A stretch of DNA of 64,000 nt. It comes from Rozella allomycis CSF55 (lineage: Eukaryota). Location of the stretch: contig KE561209.1 of assembly GCA_000442015.1 (NCBI GenBank), positions 1-64,000 of the forward strand, written 5' to 3'. Below the pieces are notes generated by a model. The model saw only the letters and a list, made by a program, of their open reading frames with translations, was not told the DNA's origin and did no database searches. The position numbers were made by a program, and so were the translations under genes. Positions 48,201 to 61,548 of the stretch are shown piece by piece; the first letter of the stretch is position 1, and every line of letters begins with the position of its first letter.

Positions 48201-49600
48201 GAAAGGTTTTAAACAATGAGAATATTGCTAATTGCAGTATTAATTTAGAAAATATTAGCTAATTAAGCTTTTTCCTTACGCCAAAGGTTTTAATGCGATT
48301 GTATGATATAATAGTGATAATCATCTTCTATCACTAGCATTCCTTTTCAGCTTGAAAGGGGGTGTTGAGTTACACAAGCTAATTTTGGATGCAATCTTCA
48401 AAGGTTATGTTTTTGACGAAATCATGGATGGAAATTACTTTTATTGCTTTATCATTTTTACTAAACAAATTTTAACCCTGGCTCTAAAAGTTTACGTTTC
48501 TATCTAGTTCAACAGTACCTCCTCCTGTTACCCGACGAATTCAAAAGACAATAGTTAAATTAAATACTACGACACATAATACAAAGCGTGAACTCAGTCA
48601 TTCAAAGAAATACTGATTGTAAGGGCTTGGAATTTCGTCCGAGTGGAAATTGTAGTTTTATTCTTTGGACTTTTGAAGTTGTAAAATATATTTGTAGGTG
48701 CTGCTTGATCTGTCTTTAATTGCGTCTAAAATTATTTGCACATCCTTGTAAAAATCAGGGGTATTTTGCACCGGCGTCTGATAACGTCCCAGATCTGTCC
48801 CTGTCACATTCATTGACTTCACTACAAAATCGATTACTCCTTGTCTTTTAAATTGTCCTCTATTTCTAGATAAGTGGTTGGATCTATAGCTAGTGATCTC
48901 CATCACTGATGCCATCAAAGTACCATTCGTACGCGAAAATGCAAATTAAAATTAATTACAGCCAACAGTCGATAATATACTTAAATAATAAAACAAGATT
49001 TAATAATGATCATCATCTCAACCTCTTGTGACCTTGTCGAATAGTTGAGAGAGTTGTTCCTCTCTACAAACTTCGGTCGGCTTTAAGTGTAAGGAAGTAA
49101 AAGATATTATCATCGATCCAGATCTAACATCATACATAGAAACCTATGNTCACTACAAAATCGATTACTCCTTGTCTTTTAAATTGTCCTCTATTTCTAG
49201 ATAAGTGGTTGGATCTATAGCTAGTGATCTCCATCACTGATGCCATCAAAGTACCATTCGTACGCGAAAATGCAAATTAAAATTAATTACAGCCAACAGT
49301 CGATAATATACTTAAATAATAAAACAAGATTTAATAATGATCATCATCTCAACCTCTTGTGACCTTGTCGAATAGTTGAGAGAGTTGTTCCTCTCTACAA
49401 ACTTCGGTCGGCTTTAAGTGTAAGGAAGTAAAAGATATTATCATCGATCCAGATCTAACATCATACATAGAAACCTATGTAATGACAGATGACAAGAAAA
49501 TTGATAATCAATATTGACAATCGCGTCAATCGAAGATAAGTATTTGCATAATTAATTAATAAAGAGAATTTTTTACACTTATTCAATTCTTACATTCAAC

Positions 49601-50674
49601 ATGGACCAAATTTTACNAGAACTCGACCAACTAATAATAATCCACCGCCACGGCCACCGCACGCCTCTCCGCACGCGCCTCTCAGAAATCGAGCCCGACA
49701 TTAAAAGATACGTGTGCAACCACGGCCACAACTGCTCACTTGGCGAGCTAACTGATCTCGGCAAGCTAACAATGTACACGCAGGGCCGGCAAATCCGGCA
49801 AAAGTATTCCACTTTTTTCAAAAACCTTGAATTCACGCCCGAGAGTGTGTATATACGATCGACCAATTATCCGCGAACGATACAGTCTGTGACGTTTCTG
49901 GCGCATGGGCTGTTTCCGTTTTATATGCATAGGAATGATGTGCCTGTGCATGTAGCGCATGATGAGAGTTTGTATCCGCATGCGTCAAAGTTTGAGTGTG
50001 AGGGGTATGTTGCGATGAAGCGGGAGTTTAGGAAGAATTATAGGAGGGTGACTGATGGGTATAGGAAGAGTATTGAGAAGCGGTACCATTATTTGCTTGA
50101 TAAGATGGAGAGAAAGTCGTTGCATGGATTGTTTGATTCGTTGTATTGTAGGATGAAACATGGTAATTATGGTTGAGTGAGTAAAATAGGATTGGCGTTG
50201 CCAGAGGGGATTAGTAGAAATAGTATTGAAGAGCTGGGGCAGTTTAGTGCCAAGGAGTGGTTTATGCCGTTTCAAGAGAGCGACATGTTTACCAGACTGG
50301 GGATTGGCAGAATGATTAAAGATATAAAAAGAGAAATTGATTTGAAAAGAAATGGAATGAATTTGAAACTGTCGATATTTTCGTGTCATGATAGTTCGAT
50401 AGGATCGTTGCTTGGAGCATTTAAAGTATTTGATGGCAGATGGCCAGACTTTGGAGCTTCGATAATATTAGAAGTGCAAAAGGATAAATTAGAGAATGAA
50501 AAATATGTTAGATTTGTTTACCAAGACAAGGCGATGGTATTACCGCAGTGTGCAGGACATTATCATGGCAAGGATGAAACGTTGTGTCAATTGAACAAGT
50601 TTAATGAAATATGTGAGAAAATGGTTCCTGTAGACTATGAAGGAGAATGTTCCAAGGTGAGAAGAAGGGAATAA
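49601..50674 (+). CDS. Histidine acid phosphatase (branch 2; ACP6/lysosomal-like)
   Basis: Catalytic RHGHRTP motif, GELT..G, RST.Y.RT.QS and SCHDS. Short intron near 50162-50190; N at 49617. Confidence 0.9.
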
Positions 50675-50762
50675 AAGAGATTGAATAAAAGATTGATTTA
50701 AATTTTCTTGAATTAAAATAATTCTACATCTTAAACTTTTCTTTTCTAAACTATTCATTAAT

Positions 50763-53613
50763 TTATTGTAGCAATGATTGAATCTTTTGAGAAATTTCAG
50801 GATTAACGGCGGCTAATGCAGATTGGATCTAAATAAAAAAAGAAAAAAAAGATTACTTTTCCAGGATGAGCATTGAAAGAGGATTTCAAAACATGAGAAA
50901 AAGTGTCAATAGCGTTTGGCAATTGCAAGAATATTTTTTCGTTCCCTAGAGAGACTAGTTTGAATGAAAGTTGAATGTTTGAATCGTCATCAAAGAGAAA
51001 AGCATTTTCAGGGTCTTCTTGAACGTTTGATTGGGGAAGCCCTTGTAGAACATTTGAGATGAGGATTGGCAGGATTGAATCGTAGCCTTGTTGAAATAGT
51101 TGAGGGATTAAAAGTAAAAGTTTAGAGAAAGCATTTGAACAGAGATTTCTCTTGTATTTATCAGAAATTTTTGGAAGTTCAGGCAAGAGAATTTGTTGCA
51201 TTAACATTATGAATAAATTTTGTTGGATTGATTCGATTGTGGAGAATAGAATTGGAGAGTTTGAATCGTTTGAAAGAATAAAAGTAGAAATGAAGATTGT
51301 TAGTTCATGAATGAATTTTGGAGTTTTGTTTGATTGTAATCTTTGGAATATTAACATGAAAACAGATTGAAGATATTGTTGATAGATTGAGATTGATAGA
51401 TTTGAAACAATAGAGTCTAACAATTCAAAAGCTAAATGATCATAAGATTTTGATTGAACCAACTTTTGGAAAATTCCAAAATACATTTGAAGAAATTGTT
51501 GAGAAATAAAATTAGAATCAGCAATTAGAAATCCTTTTAATAGTTTAATAATTGAAGGAATGTTTGAATTTGTTTCCCATAGAATTGGCTGTTGAATTAT
51601 TGGTAAAAGTGATTTGTAAATTTCAGGAATGTTATTCTTATGGAAAGATAAAAGAATGTAATAAACTTGAAGAACATATGGAACAAAATCAGATACATCT
51701 TGAATTAGAATATTCTGTAAACATGGAATAATAACATTCTCAATTGTTAAAACAAAAGATGCATCAGTATTCTTCAAAGTAGAAACTAGACATTCAAATA
51801 GATAATGATTGTATTTAGAGTTGATTAAACAGTTTGATGCTTCTGTGATATAATTCAATAATTTCTCACAAATTATTTTGGATTTTTCAGAATTAATTTT
51901 CCCGCCTAAAAATAAAATTTTCCATAAAGTTCTAATAGCATATTCATTTGGTTTAATTTTTGTATCAAAATCTAACAAATTAATCAAAGAAATTAAAATT
52001 TCATCCTTCAATAAAAATAAACTTTTTAGAAATAATTCATTCTTTAAATATTTCTCTAAACAAATAGAAGAATAAGTTTTAACAATTGAATTATTATTCT
52101 TTAATAATCCTAGAAGAATATTTGGCAATTTATTTGAAATGTTTAATTGATTTCTAAAAATGATTAAAAATTTAATTTCTGCAACTAAAATCATTGGATG
52201 TGAATTATTGTTTTCTAATTCATTCAAAATATTTTCTTCAAAGAAATTTTGAATATTCAAATTTTTATTAATCTGGCTAATCCCTTGCTGTGTCAATTGA
52301 CCCTTCATGGCTATTGACATGAACGTATGCACAGCTGTATCTTTAGATATCCAATCTTTATTATTTTTATTAAAATTTAAACATTCATTAATATAATTCA
52401 AAAACAATGGCGTCAACTGAACTTCAAAATGAGTCATCAATCCTCTAATCAACTCACTAGCTGATCTTCTTCTGGTATCCAAATCTGATCCCTCCAAATC
52501 CTTCCTTATAAACTCCAATGGCTCATCTTCAAACTGCTCCAAATCTTCTTCTCTCGCTTGCATATTCGGTAATATAATCTTTTCACAAATATTCTTTATT
52601 ATTTCTTCATTCTCCAAATATTTCACATGTCTAGGATGCTTCGACACTGACGTCAATATTTGTATCGCATGTCCCATCAATATATCATACTTTGTATCCT
52701 TGCCCAAACTCATCAACAAACTCCATATCTTTTCTATAAAACTAGGCAACATGGTAAACTCTTCCTCATATCTCGTCAAATACAAATCTACTATATCACA
52801 TATCACACTCTTAATCTTCTCAACAACTACACTCCCCTCCCTCTCAACCCATCCATTCTCATACAACACATACTTTTCAAACACCCCCATAAACTCTTTC
52901 ATATTCTCCTCTATAAACGCTGGCAAATCTTGGCAACTCAAACAATAAAATATCTTGCTCAACAAAAACATCCCCTCCAACGCAGCTTTCATCTCACCAT
53001 CCTCCCTCTTCTCCGCAATCTTCACATCAGTCGCCTTCAACAACTCCAACATCGGTCGCGCAAACGTCTCCATCACATAATTAATCTCACTAAACAATTT
53101 ATTCGTCCTAAACTCATGTCGGTACTTTTTAAATATCCCATACAAGGTACTCAATATCACATTGTTCTGCACATAATCACCACTCAACATCCCCACAAGC
53201 CCCGGTACCAACTCGGCCCAATTCTCAGGAAAATCCCTCTGCGCTATCAACACAATCGCTTCACTCAACTGCATCTGCACTGCACGCACCTTGATTCCAA
53301 CCAGCAACCCAACTATCCTCCCCTTCACCATCACACGCATCCCCTCACTCACTTCCTCACTCTCAGCATTCCAGTTCGCCTTTACATAATTCTTCAAATG
53401 GATAGCACTCGCCAGCTTCAAATTCACATCCACTCCCCCATTCTCTAGCAATGCAAACACTCCAGATACAAAATTAGGATCATTTTCAAGACCCTTCAAC
53501 ACCTTTTCTCCCATCTTTTGCGTAGCCGGATTCATAGTATTTAACAGGGCTTGCGTCATCGTATTCACAAGTGCATCAACTGGGTTTGGAAAATGAAAAT
53601 CGTTACTGCTCAT
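50763..53613 (-). CDS. CSE1: Exportin-2 / CSE1 (importin-alpha re-exporter)
   Basis: IBN_N motifs LAS.I.LKNYVK..W and DFPENW.ELVP, plus CQDLP.FIEEN and FEDEPLEFIRKDLEGSDLDTRRRSA. A short terminal intron precedes IQSALAAV...LQ*. Confidence 0.93.
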
Positions 53614-53944
53614 TTGGAATTTCTAGAATGTTTACTAACAGGGGTCTCGCAATTGTAAAGAAAATATTTAAAATGTAAAAACAAGATGAAAACAAGTTGA
53701 GTTTAGTTAAAATACATTGTTAATTGAATACACATGTAAATGTGACATGTGAACTTCTATGGAGCAAATGTTAATGTCACAGTAGATTTTGTTTTCTTCG
53801 AGAAAAATTTATATCATATCACATATGTAACTATTTAGTTTTCAAGCATCTGCATATTCATTATAGATCCTATATTTACTTACTTCATATTCGAAGGTTC
53901 AATATTTTTTCTCTAACTTAGATTTATATCCTATTCGATCAACG

Positions 53945-54018
53945 GTTCTCATGGTGTAGTTGGTTATCACATCTGCTTAACACGCAGAAGGCCTCCAGTT
54001 CAAGTCTGGATGAGAACA
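53945..54018 (+). tRNA. tRNA-Val (anticodon AAC)
   Basis: Acceptor stem GTTCTCA/TGAGAAC, D-arm containing TAGTTGG, anticodon arm TCTGC-TTAACAC-GCAGA, T-arm TCCAG-TTCAAGT-CTGGA, and a downstream T-run. Confidence 0.93.
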
Positions 54019-54154
54019 TTTTCTAAAATTTTATAGTTTTTTATTTTACTTATACAAACATTTTAAAAGGATCGAATCGAATGTCAAATGGTATATCGCA
54101 CAGTCAAATTGCTACTTATTATGGCACTCACTAAATCAGATCATTTTTCCTGAC

Positions 54155-57100
54155 ATGAAATCAAAAGTTAGCATTGATATTACCAAGATTACAACTTTCT
54201 ATTGCTTTGTGTGCCTCGGTAATTACTCAAAATCTACACTATCAAGTTGCATTCTCAGGTGCGTTTTGCATTTCAATGTCCAAAAACTATAAATCGATTT
54301 TGAAGAATGAATTCTTTGGATTTCCTGAAGTAAAAGACAAAAAGGTTTCAAATATTAGGAATTTTTCCCCAGTATATCTGCAGTAATAGGAGANGAATCG
54401 ATTTTGAAGAATGAATTCTTTGGGTTTCCTGACGTAAAAGAGAAAAGGGTTTCAAATATTAGGAATTTTTCCCCAGTATATCTGCAGCCATAGGAGATAC
54501 CTTTCCAGCAAGACCATTCTTTCAATTTGTAATTGCGCTTAATGCTGCTCCCAAATTGATCATTTTATTCATGCTGGCCATGAGCCAGTCACTGGTCAAT
54601 ACTGCTCTATACGCCATGCAAATCTTTTTGGCGGCGGGATGGATCTTTGTTTCTTCTTCGGATAACTTGTTCTTTCATGAAATGTTTATGATTAGCTTTC
54701 TACTGGTGACTACATTGTTTCAAACATATCATGTTACCACGGAGAGGAAGAATCGAAAACTTTATACGCTATTTTTCATTAAGGCAGTTTTTGTAGCGTC
54801 CATGATTCACTTTTATATCAAACACAAATCGAAAGTGCCAGGAGGTAAATTGACAAATTGAATTCGATAGGGTATTCAATATATTCAATTTTCGAATGGT
54901 GTCTGATACCAATAGAAGTACTTTTAGAATGTCACATTTTGGAACAAGTTCTTGGGTCCCGGGATTCAGTTTTAGAGTTCCAAATAAGGGGTCCGATTAA
55001 CCTTAACCTTGGCCATTTTGATGTTGCGTTGAACACAATCAAGTGTAATAATTCCAGTTTGTTCACAAAGACTTTTATTTTTGGATTGCATTTACATCGC
55101 TCCCACAAGCTATATGGTACTTTCCATTGTGGAAGTTAGGATATTCTGGAATTGAGCTCTTTTTATTGTGTTATCTCTCTCCCTTAATTTTGGTATTTGA
55201 AAAGCTGCGAGAGTATTCGAAGAAATATTGCACACAATTTTGGGGCATGGGAATTTTGTTGGCAACAATTTTAGCGTCATCAAATGTTATCCGAAATGTG
55301 TCTCCTTTGTCAAGAGTTTTATTCATTAGTATGGGGTGCACTTTAATGATTATCGCATTCTTCACGGAGCTCATTCACGAGCCCAATTGCTCGCTTGAAG
55401 ACTTTGTATTATCTAATATACTTGGATTGCTCTTAAACGTGATTATAAAATTAATACATTTTTCTGAAAACCCAGTAAAATTATGCAAACATTCTAATGC
55501 CAGTTTGCACCATTCACATACAATAACTTTATCTTTACCGTTTTTGTTCCTCTTGTTTCTATTTGGCTAATTATGAAGTTGGATGGAAAGAGAAACGCAG
55601 GCACCGATTCTAGCAAAGCGAAAGAAAGAAGTTCTATTGGATTGAATCCACTGGCAGGTGTTAGCTTTGGTATTGCATTATTCATATTGACAACTTTTGC
55701 TACGGATCCAGGTACGTTGATCAGGTATTCAAATTATGTTGCATCCAATATCAACAATGAGTAAATGAATCTATTCCTACTTAATATTAAGGATATTTGT
55801 AATAAGCGCTGGAATTATCCTGTCATCGTTATTAGTTTTTGACATTATAAGAAAAGGGTTATTAAAGGCGATGATCGTCAGTGGAATATGTTTTTTGTTT
55901 TTTCTAAAGACCCAGAATCTTAAATTTGCATTCTTTTCCTTGCCTTTTATATTCTACATTTATTTCAAGTCATTGATTTTCCTTCACGATTGCCAATCTT
56001 ATTTTAATCCATTTATTTCCATGTTCACATATTTATGTCTTATTTTGGCTCACCTCTACACAGTCGCATTTGCTTTTGTTCCATTGGGAACATACTTTAG
56101 GGAAAAGACAATTCATATTTTTGTAACTGCAATAATTTTCATTGGGTGGATATCTTTCAATGATAAGAAAGTGGAGAATTTTGGAAGGAAATCCTATACA
56201 ATGAGAAAAGCATTAGCGATTGTGTATATCCTAATTACAGGTATATTCTCTTTTCATAGGAGAACTCATTTTGACTTTAATGGCTCAACCATAAAGGAAT
56301 TCACTAAGGCGCCTGAATTGCCTATGCCGNTTGCCAATGCCGATGAAGAATTCAATGCGTGAATTATCAATTTCAGAATCGTTACCAATATTTAGAGTAG
56401 CAATATGGACAGTTCACTTTGGAATTGGAAACGATGGGTTGTATTCGAGTCAGAGAATAGCAGATGCGATAAAATTATTAAATGTTGATGTTATTGGATT
56501 GTTGGAAACTGATGCGATGAGAATAGTAATGGGAAACAGAGATTTACCCCTTTCCATAAACCAATATCTAAACTATCACATAAGTTATGGACCTTCCACT
56601 CTAAACCACACTTGGGGATGCTCTCTAATCTCCCGTTATCCTATTGTGTCTGTTAAAAACTACAATCTTCCTTCCCCGGATGGCGAAATTGCTTGTGCTA
56701 TTCATGCGACGTTAAATATTACAAATTACTTGGTGGATGTTGTGGTAAGTATTCCCCGTTTCTGAAAAGGCTGATATCTCACAACGGACAGGAAGAGACT
56801 CCTCTCGATAGAAAATTACAGAGTGAAATGCTAGCCAAGTTAATTTCAAGCATTAGCAGACCGGTTATCTTTCTTGGATATGTGGTAGCAAAACCTCACA
56901 GTGAAGAATACCATCGCCTGTTTGAAAAACAGGGCTCACTTGGTCCGTTAGTTGATATTGACGAAACTGATAATGATCGATGGTAGAAATTTATAAATGT
57001 GTAAAAATAGGTGTCAATATATTGGCTTCAAAGGAAATAATATTCATAAAATGACTTACGCAAGAATAAGTCATGCCAGAATTTCAGACACAGAAATTCA

Positions 57101-57299
57101 AGCAGCATCATTCGTACTAGCTAATGAAACAATGAAGCATGATAAACTCCAAAAAATATTTAAAAAGACTGTTTTGTCTTTGAAAAGTGATCCGATGTCA
57201 GAGTATCTTAAGAGATTGACTTTTTCGCAGAAATTGTTTAATGCTAGATCTGAAGACGAGCATTATTTTCATTACGTGAGATATTTTTACGCAGAATAA
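54155..57299 (+). CDS. CWH43: CWH43/PGAP2-interacting protein (Frag1-like membrane domain plus EEP domain), multi-exon
   Basis: Motifs EFFPSISA.IGD.FPAR.FFQ..IAL, YSIFEW, Y.AFAFVPLG..FRE, IWTVHFG, DVIGLLETD..RIVMGNRD, YGP....HTWGC.LISRYPI, LPSP.GEIACAI, HNGQEE..LDR.LQ, DRWCQYI and ISDTEIQ. Confidence 0.9.
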
Positions 57300-57346
57300 A
57301 TTAATTATTAATCAAAAATATTTTATTTATCAATTTGAAACCTCTT

Positions 57347-59350
57347 CTAATCTAAAGCCAATGATGAAACAACTAATTTATCAACAGAGCTTTTCTTTTG
57401 AAATCTACCTATTGAATTGGCTACTCTTATAAAGTTTGACGTGAAATTAGACTTTACGGACCAGATCCCTGCTTTTTCAAGTTGCCCATCGTCCGGTTCG
57501 GATTGCAAAGAGATTGAGAGAAGAGTTGATTCATAATCTTGTTCCAAATCCAGTTTCTTGCTTGCCTGATCTATTTGACGGTCTAAGTATTCGTATATCT
57601 GATAGTCGAAATGCATATTTTCCTGCACATTTAGTTTTTTGCTATTCCATTCTTGAATTATTTTTGAGATGGAGGTTAACGTTTGATAATTTACCAAACC
57701 ATTGTCGTCATAAAGAGGTTCATTTTCTATTTTTCCAAGAATATCATTGTAAACATGTTCTAAAGATTGGATGAATGATGTTAAAGTAGCAGTGTATCTT
57801 TTGTACGCCTTGAAGTTGTTGTCAGGGCTAGTGATTGAATTAATTCTATTCCACATTTTCATGAAGACTTCTTTAATTCTGTTCCATGTTTTCCTCATCC
57901 TTTTGACTGGCTCCATATTTAAAGCGGCCACAACGGCGAAACAAGTTTCCATATTTCCCCATTGATAACAAAGCTAGTTTTAAAAAGAAGAATGAAATTA
58001 CATGACCGACTGATATAAAATAATTTACAAGAGACACGCGATTAATTAAATCTGGGCAGCTGCAAATAGAGTGGGCGATCCAAATGGTAGTCTTTTCGCT
58101 ATGTTCTGTTGTTGATTTGAAATAATTCTTATGTGGTTCAGTATCACTCATTGAGTAATAAAAATCCAGTGGAGTAATTGATAAACATTGGAATGTCTTG
58201 ATCAATGTCATTTGCCTTGCTAAATTGACAGGATTTATAGTTGTAATATTTTCAATAGAAAATGATACATTCAATGATTTAATTTGAGACGTTTTTTGAA
58301 TATCTTGGCTTCGTTGATCACAATCGTCCAAGGAAAGGGTCTTCAGAGAATCCAGGAATGTCGATTTGCGATTTTTCATTGCTTCCGGTTTTAAAATTAT
58401 TGAAGATTTTGAAGTTAAAAGTTTAAAAGGATTAAAGGATCTAGGAGCTTGTCTCGTATTCTTTACAAACTCGCGTCTTTGTTTTCCACGGGGAAATTCA
58501 CCATTATGTTTCATGGTTAATTCTTTGTAAGCCTTTTGGCCAACTAGGATTGTTTCGTCAAAGCAAAGTTTTGGAGAGTTGGAGAGCCTTTCTTTGATTA
58601 AAACAGAAATGTGGTTGGCTAAATCTTGCAAGTATGAAAATTTGTTTGAAGAAAGTTCAATTTCTACAAAATCTTGAATGAGATCTACTAAAGTTTCATT
58701 TCTCTCTAAAGAATACGCATAATCATGTATCCATCTGTAAATTATATTAATAATTCCAAACAATTTAACTTCATCTGTCTGGCTAACAAACTTCTTCCAC
58801 ATTTCTTCAAAAAGTTGAACATCCGAAATAATAAAGCTTGACACTGTAAAAAAGTCATTTAAAAATTCTTCATTTAAGCTTCCATCATCGGGAAATAACT
58901 TTGCAATCAATTCTTCTATGGGTAAAAACTTTTCAGCCTTTGAGTTGCTTGTAAAATTGGATTCTTCAACTACCACCGGAAGAGATTTAAATTTTTCTTC
59001 TTTAGTTTTTTGAATTTTAGAATAATTTGGAGGAGTTTGCGTAAAATCAGTTTCAAATGTTTCGTTTTCTTTCNAGTTTCAAATGTTTCGTTCTCTTTCC
59101 ATTCAATAGAATCATGAAAGTTTGTTCTTGTTATTTCACATTTTGAACTTTCATCTTCATCATCCCATTCTATTGAAGGATATGAATTTGTGTCATCAAA
59201 AGGATTTGTAGTAGTGGCTGTTAAACTATTTTCAGGAAGATTCGGTCGTTTAGGCAGTGTCATAATTTCGTTTATATTTTTTATGGGAATGCTATTTTCC
59301 CTACAACTATTTTCAGATTCATCAAAATTATTGTTTGAAAAAGAAGACAT
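57347..59350 (-). CDS. Ras-family guanine nucleotide exchange factor (REM plus CDC25 domains)
   Basis: REM-like EFLNDFF...IINIIYRWI; CDC25 motifs LARQMTL, WIA.SIC...RV.LV.YFI, N..TCFAVVAAL...PV.RM..TW, S.DNNFK.Y and GLVN. One intron near 57970-58000; N at 59074. Confidence 0.85.
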
Positions 59351-59419
59351 ATGGTGGCTTGGGTGGCACTGCTGTACAAGTAAACAAGATTTGTCACTTC
59401 AAAAATGGCAAAAAGAGAT

Positions 59420-61336
59420 TTATTCAAGATATAAAAGACTTCCTTTTTCAATTTTGCAATTAATGGCATTCATTTCTGAAATGAATTTGCGATCATGAGT
59501 GACAATCAATGCAGCACCTGAATACTGGCGTAAAGCATCTATTAATGCTTGAATAGAGTCCATATCCAAGTGATTAGTAGGTTCATCAAGCAACAGAAGA
59601 TTTGGGTGAGAAATAGTTTCAACTGCCAACATGAGTCTGGTCAATTGTCCACCAGATAATGTAGAAATCTCATGTAGAACAGTAGGATGTTTCAAAGTAA
59701 ACGAAGCTAAATGACTGCGACATTGATGTTCTGTCCATGTTGGTGCTTTTGTATGGATCAATTCCAAGGGGCACATCTTCATTCCTTGCAATGATGACTG
59801 GTTTTGCCTTACATATCCAATTTTAAGATCTGAGTGATACGATATACTACCTGTTTTAGGTTTTAATGCCCCATAAATCAAATCTACAAGCGTTGACTTT
59901 CCTTGCCCATTGGCTCCTGTTAGCACAACTTTTGTCCCCATTTCAATAGTTAAAGATATCTTTGAAAGCAAAGCGTTGCTCTCGTAGCTAAAAGAGACAT
60001 TTTCTAATGAAACCAATGGAGCCGCGTGCTTGAGATGTGTTGGCGCTGGAAGGCACCATTCAAATGAGCCATCTTGTTCTTCCAGCTCTACGTCGTCTCT
60101 TAGAGAATTATGAAACCCCGGTCTGTCTCTATTAAGTTTAAATCTATGCCCCTTTTCATTTCGTTCAAATCCCAACCTTTCTTCTAGTTTCTTTTTCCTG
60201 CTAGCGACAGCAGCCAATTTCTTATCATCGCCTTTGCTCTTTGCTTGCTTCATGCCTTTTTCAATAGATTTTTGCATGTGAATCCTCTTTCTCTCAATAC
60301 CATCATGCATTCTTTCCATATACTTTGCCTTGTTAAGGACAGTTTCTTCAAATGTATCATAATTTCCATCATAGCTTGTAAAACTTTTATTTCTTAGCAA
60401 TATTACCCCTTGTGCAACTGAATTAAGAAACTCACGATCATGAGAAACTACTAGAATCGTTACGTTCACTAGAGAATTCAGATAATTTTCCAACCACTCT
60501 ATTGCTTTAATGTCAAGTCCATTCGTAGGTTCATCAAGAAATAATACATCGGGTTCAACAAATAACGCTTGTGCCAAAGCAGCACGTTTTTTCCATCCTC
60601 CTGAAAATGAGCTGTATGGATCTTCAAGCCTAGATTTAGGAAACCCTAAACCTCGTAAAATCTTTTTGGCTTTCGTTAGAAAGTTGTTAGGTTCAAGCAG
60701 TTGATACTCTAATTCAATATCTTGTAACAATTCATGTGTCTTTATTATCAAATCTTCTTCTGTCATATCACTTTCAAATAAATCATTATAGTCTCTTTCA
60801 AGCTGAATTAGATTTTCTCTCTCCTGTTTGCCTCTTGCACCACTAATCTTTGTCACCTTGTTTCGCGCTATTCTTAATTTTCTCTCATGTCTCTTCAAAA
60901 GAACTTGTTTCAAGTTTTTGTGCGATGACTCTAGCATCATCTTTTCCCAAATTACGTTTTGGGCAAATTCGTGGCCTTTAATAACATAATCTGTCACTGA
61001 TATGTTTTCAAGGTCTAGAACATCTTCAATTTGTTGCAAGTGGAATACTCGAAGACTAGAATCCAAAAGAAAAACATCCACCAGTATCTTCATAAATATT
61101 GATTTTCCTAGGCCGTTTCTCCCGATAAGTGCAAAATGACTATTAGTTGGAAGTTGAAAATTTGCATTCGCCAAAAGGGTATTATTATCTACAGTCAATG
61201 TAAGATCTTGAATGTCTATCACAAGGGAACTATTGTCAGTAATAGAGAATCGAGTAGATTGGTATTGAACATCGATAGACATGCTAGGTACAATTTCGAA
61301 AATTCCTGGGATTCGCAAAAATGTTTGAAGACCCAC
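59420..61336 (-). CDS. ABC-F family ATPase (two ABC domains, no transmembrane domain)
   Basis: First domain GRNGLGKS / FSGGW / LDEPTN / VVSHDR; second domain GANGQGKST / LSGGQ / LDEPTNHLD / IVTHDR. Confidence 0.92.
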   Translation of the reverse strand: MGLQTFLRIPGIFEIVPSMSIDVQYQSTRFSITDNSSLVIDIQDLTLTVDNNTLLANANFQLPTNSHFALIGRNGLGKSIFMKILVDVFLLDSSLRVFHLQQIEDVLDLENISVTDYVIKGHEFAQNVIWEKMMLESSHKNLKQVLLKRHERKLRIARNKVTKISGARGKQERENLIQLERDYNDLFESDMTEEDLIIKTHELLQDIELEYQLLEPNNFLTKAKKILRGLGFPKSRLEDPYSSFSGGWKKRAALAQALFVEPDVLFLDEPTNGLDIKAIEWLENYLNSLVNVTILVVSHDREFLNSVAQGVILLRNKSFTSYDGNYDTFEETVLNKAKYMERMHDGIERKRIHMQKSIEKGMKQAKSKGDDKKLAAVASRKKKLEERLGFERNEKGHRFKLNRDRPGFHNSLRDDVELEEQDGSFEWCLPAPTHLKHAAPLVSLENVSFSYESNALLSKISLTIEMGTKVVLTGANGQGKSTLVDLIYGALKPKTGSISYHSDLKIGYVRQNQSSLQGMKMCPLELIHTKAPTWTEHQCRSHLASFTLKHPTVLHEISTLSGGQLTRLMLAVETISHPNLLLLDEPTNHLDMDSIQALIDALRQYSGAALIVTHDRKFISEMNAINCKIEKGSLLYLE

Positions 61337-61548
61337 ATGAACTATTTAATCCCTCAATGGAAGCCAGATTAAATTTTTATGATAGACTCCAAGAATAATC
61401 AAAAGGTATGATAAACGACGATATCATTGATCTCGAAACAGTGCAAGATATAGAAGACAACGGGGTTTTGGAAGGACAAGAAGAAAGGCCTTTTGGAAGT
61501 TATATGATTTTTAATGGCGAAGGTGAAAATGATTCAGATGACAAAAGT

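Noticed and set aside
48819..49479. 330-bp perfect tandem repeat
   Set aside because: The apparently identical copies meet exactly at N49149, indicating an assembly overlap.
52660..53448. 262-aa H/Q/L-rich ORF antisense to CSE1
   Set aside because: It is a shadow ORF produced by the G-poor plus strand, which has few stop codons. It has no protein-like features.
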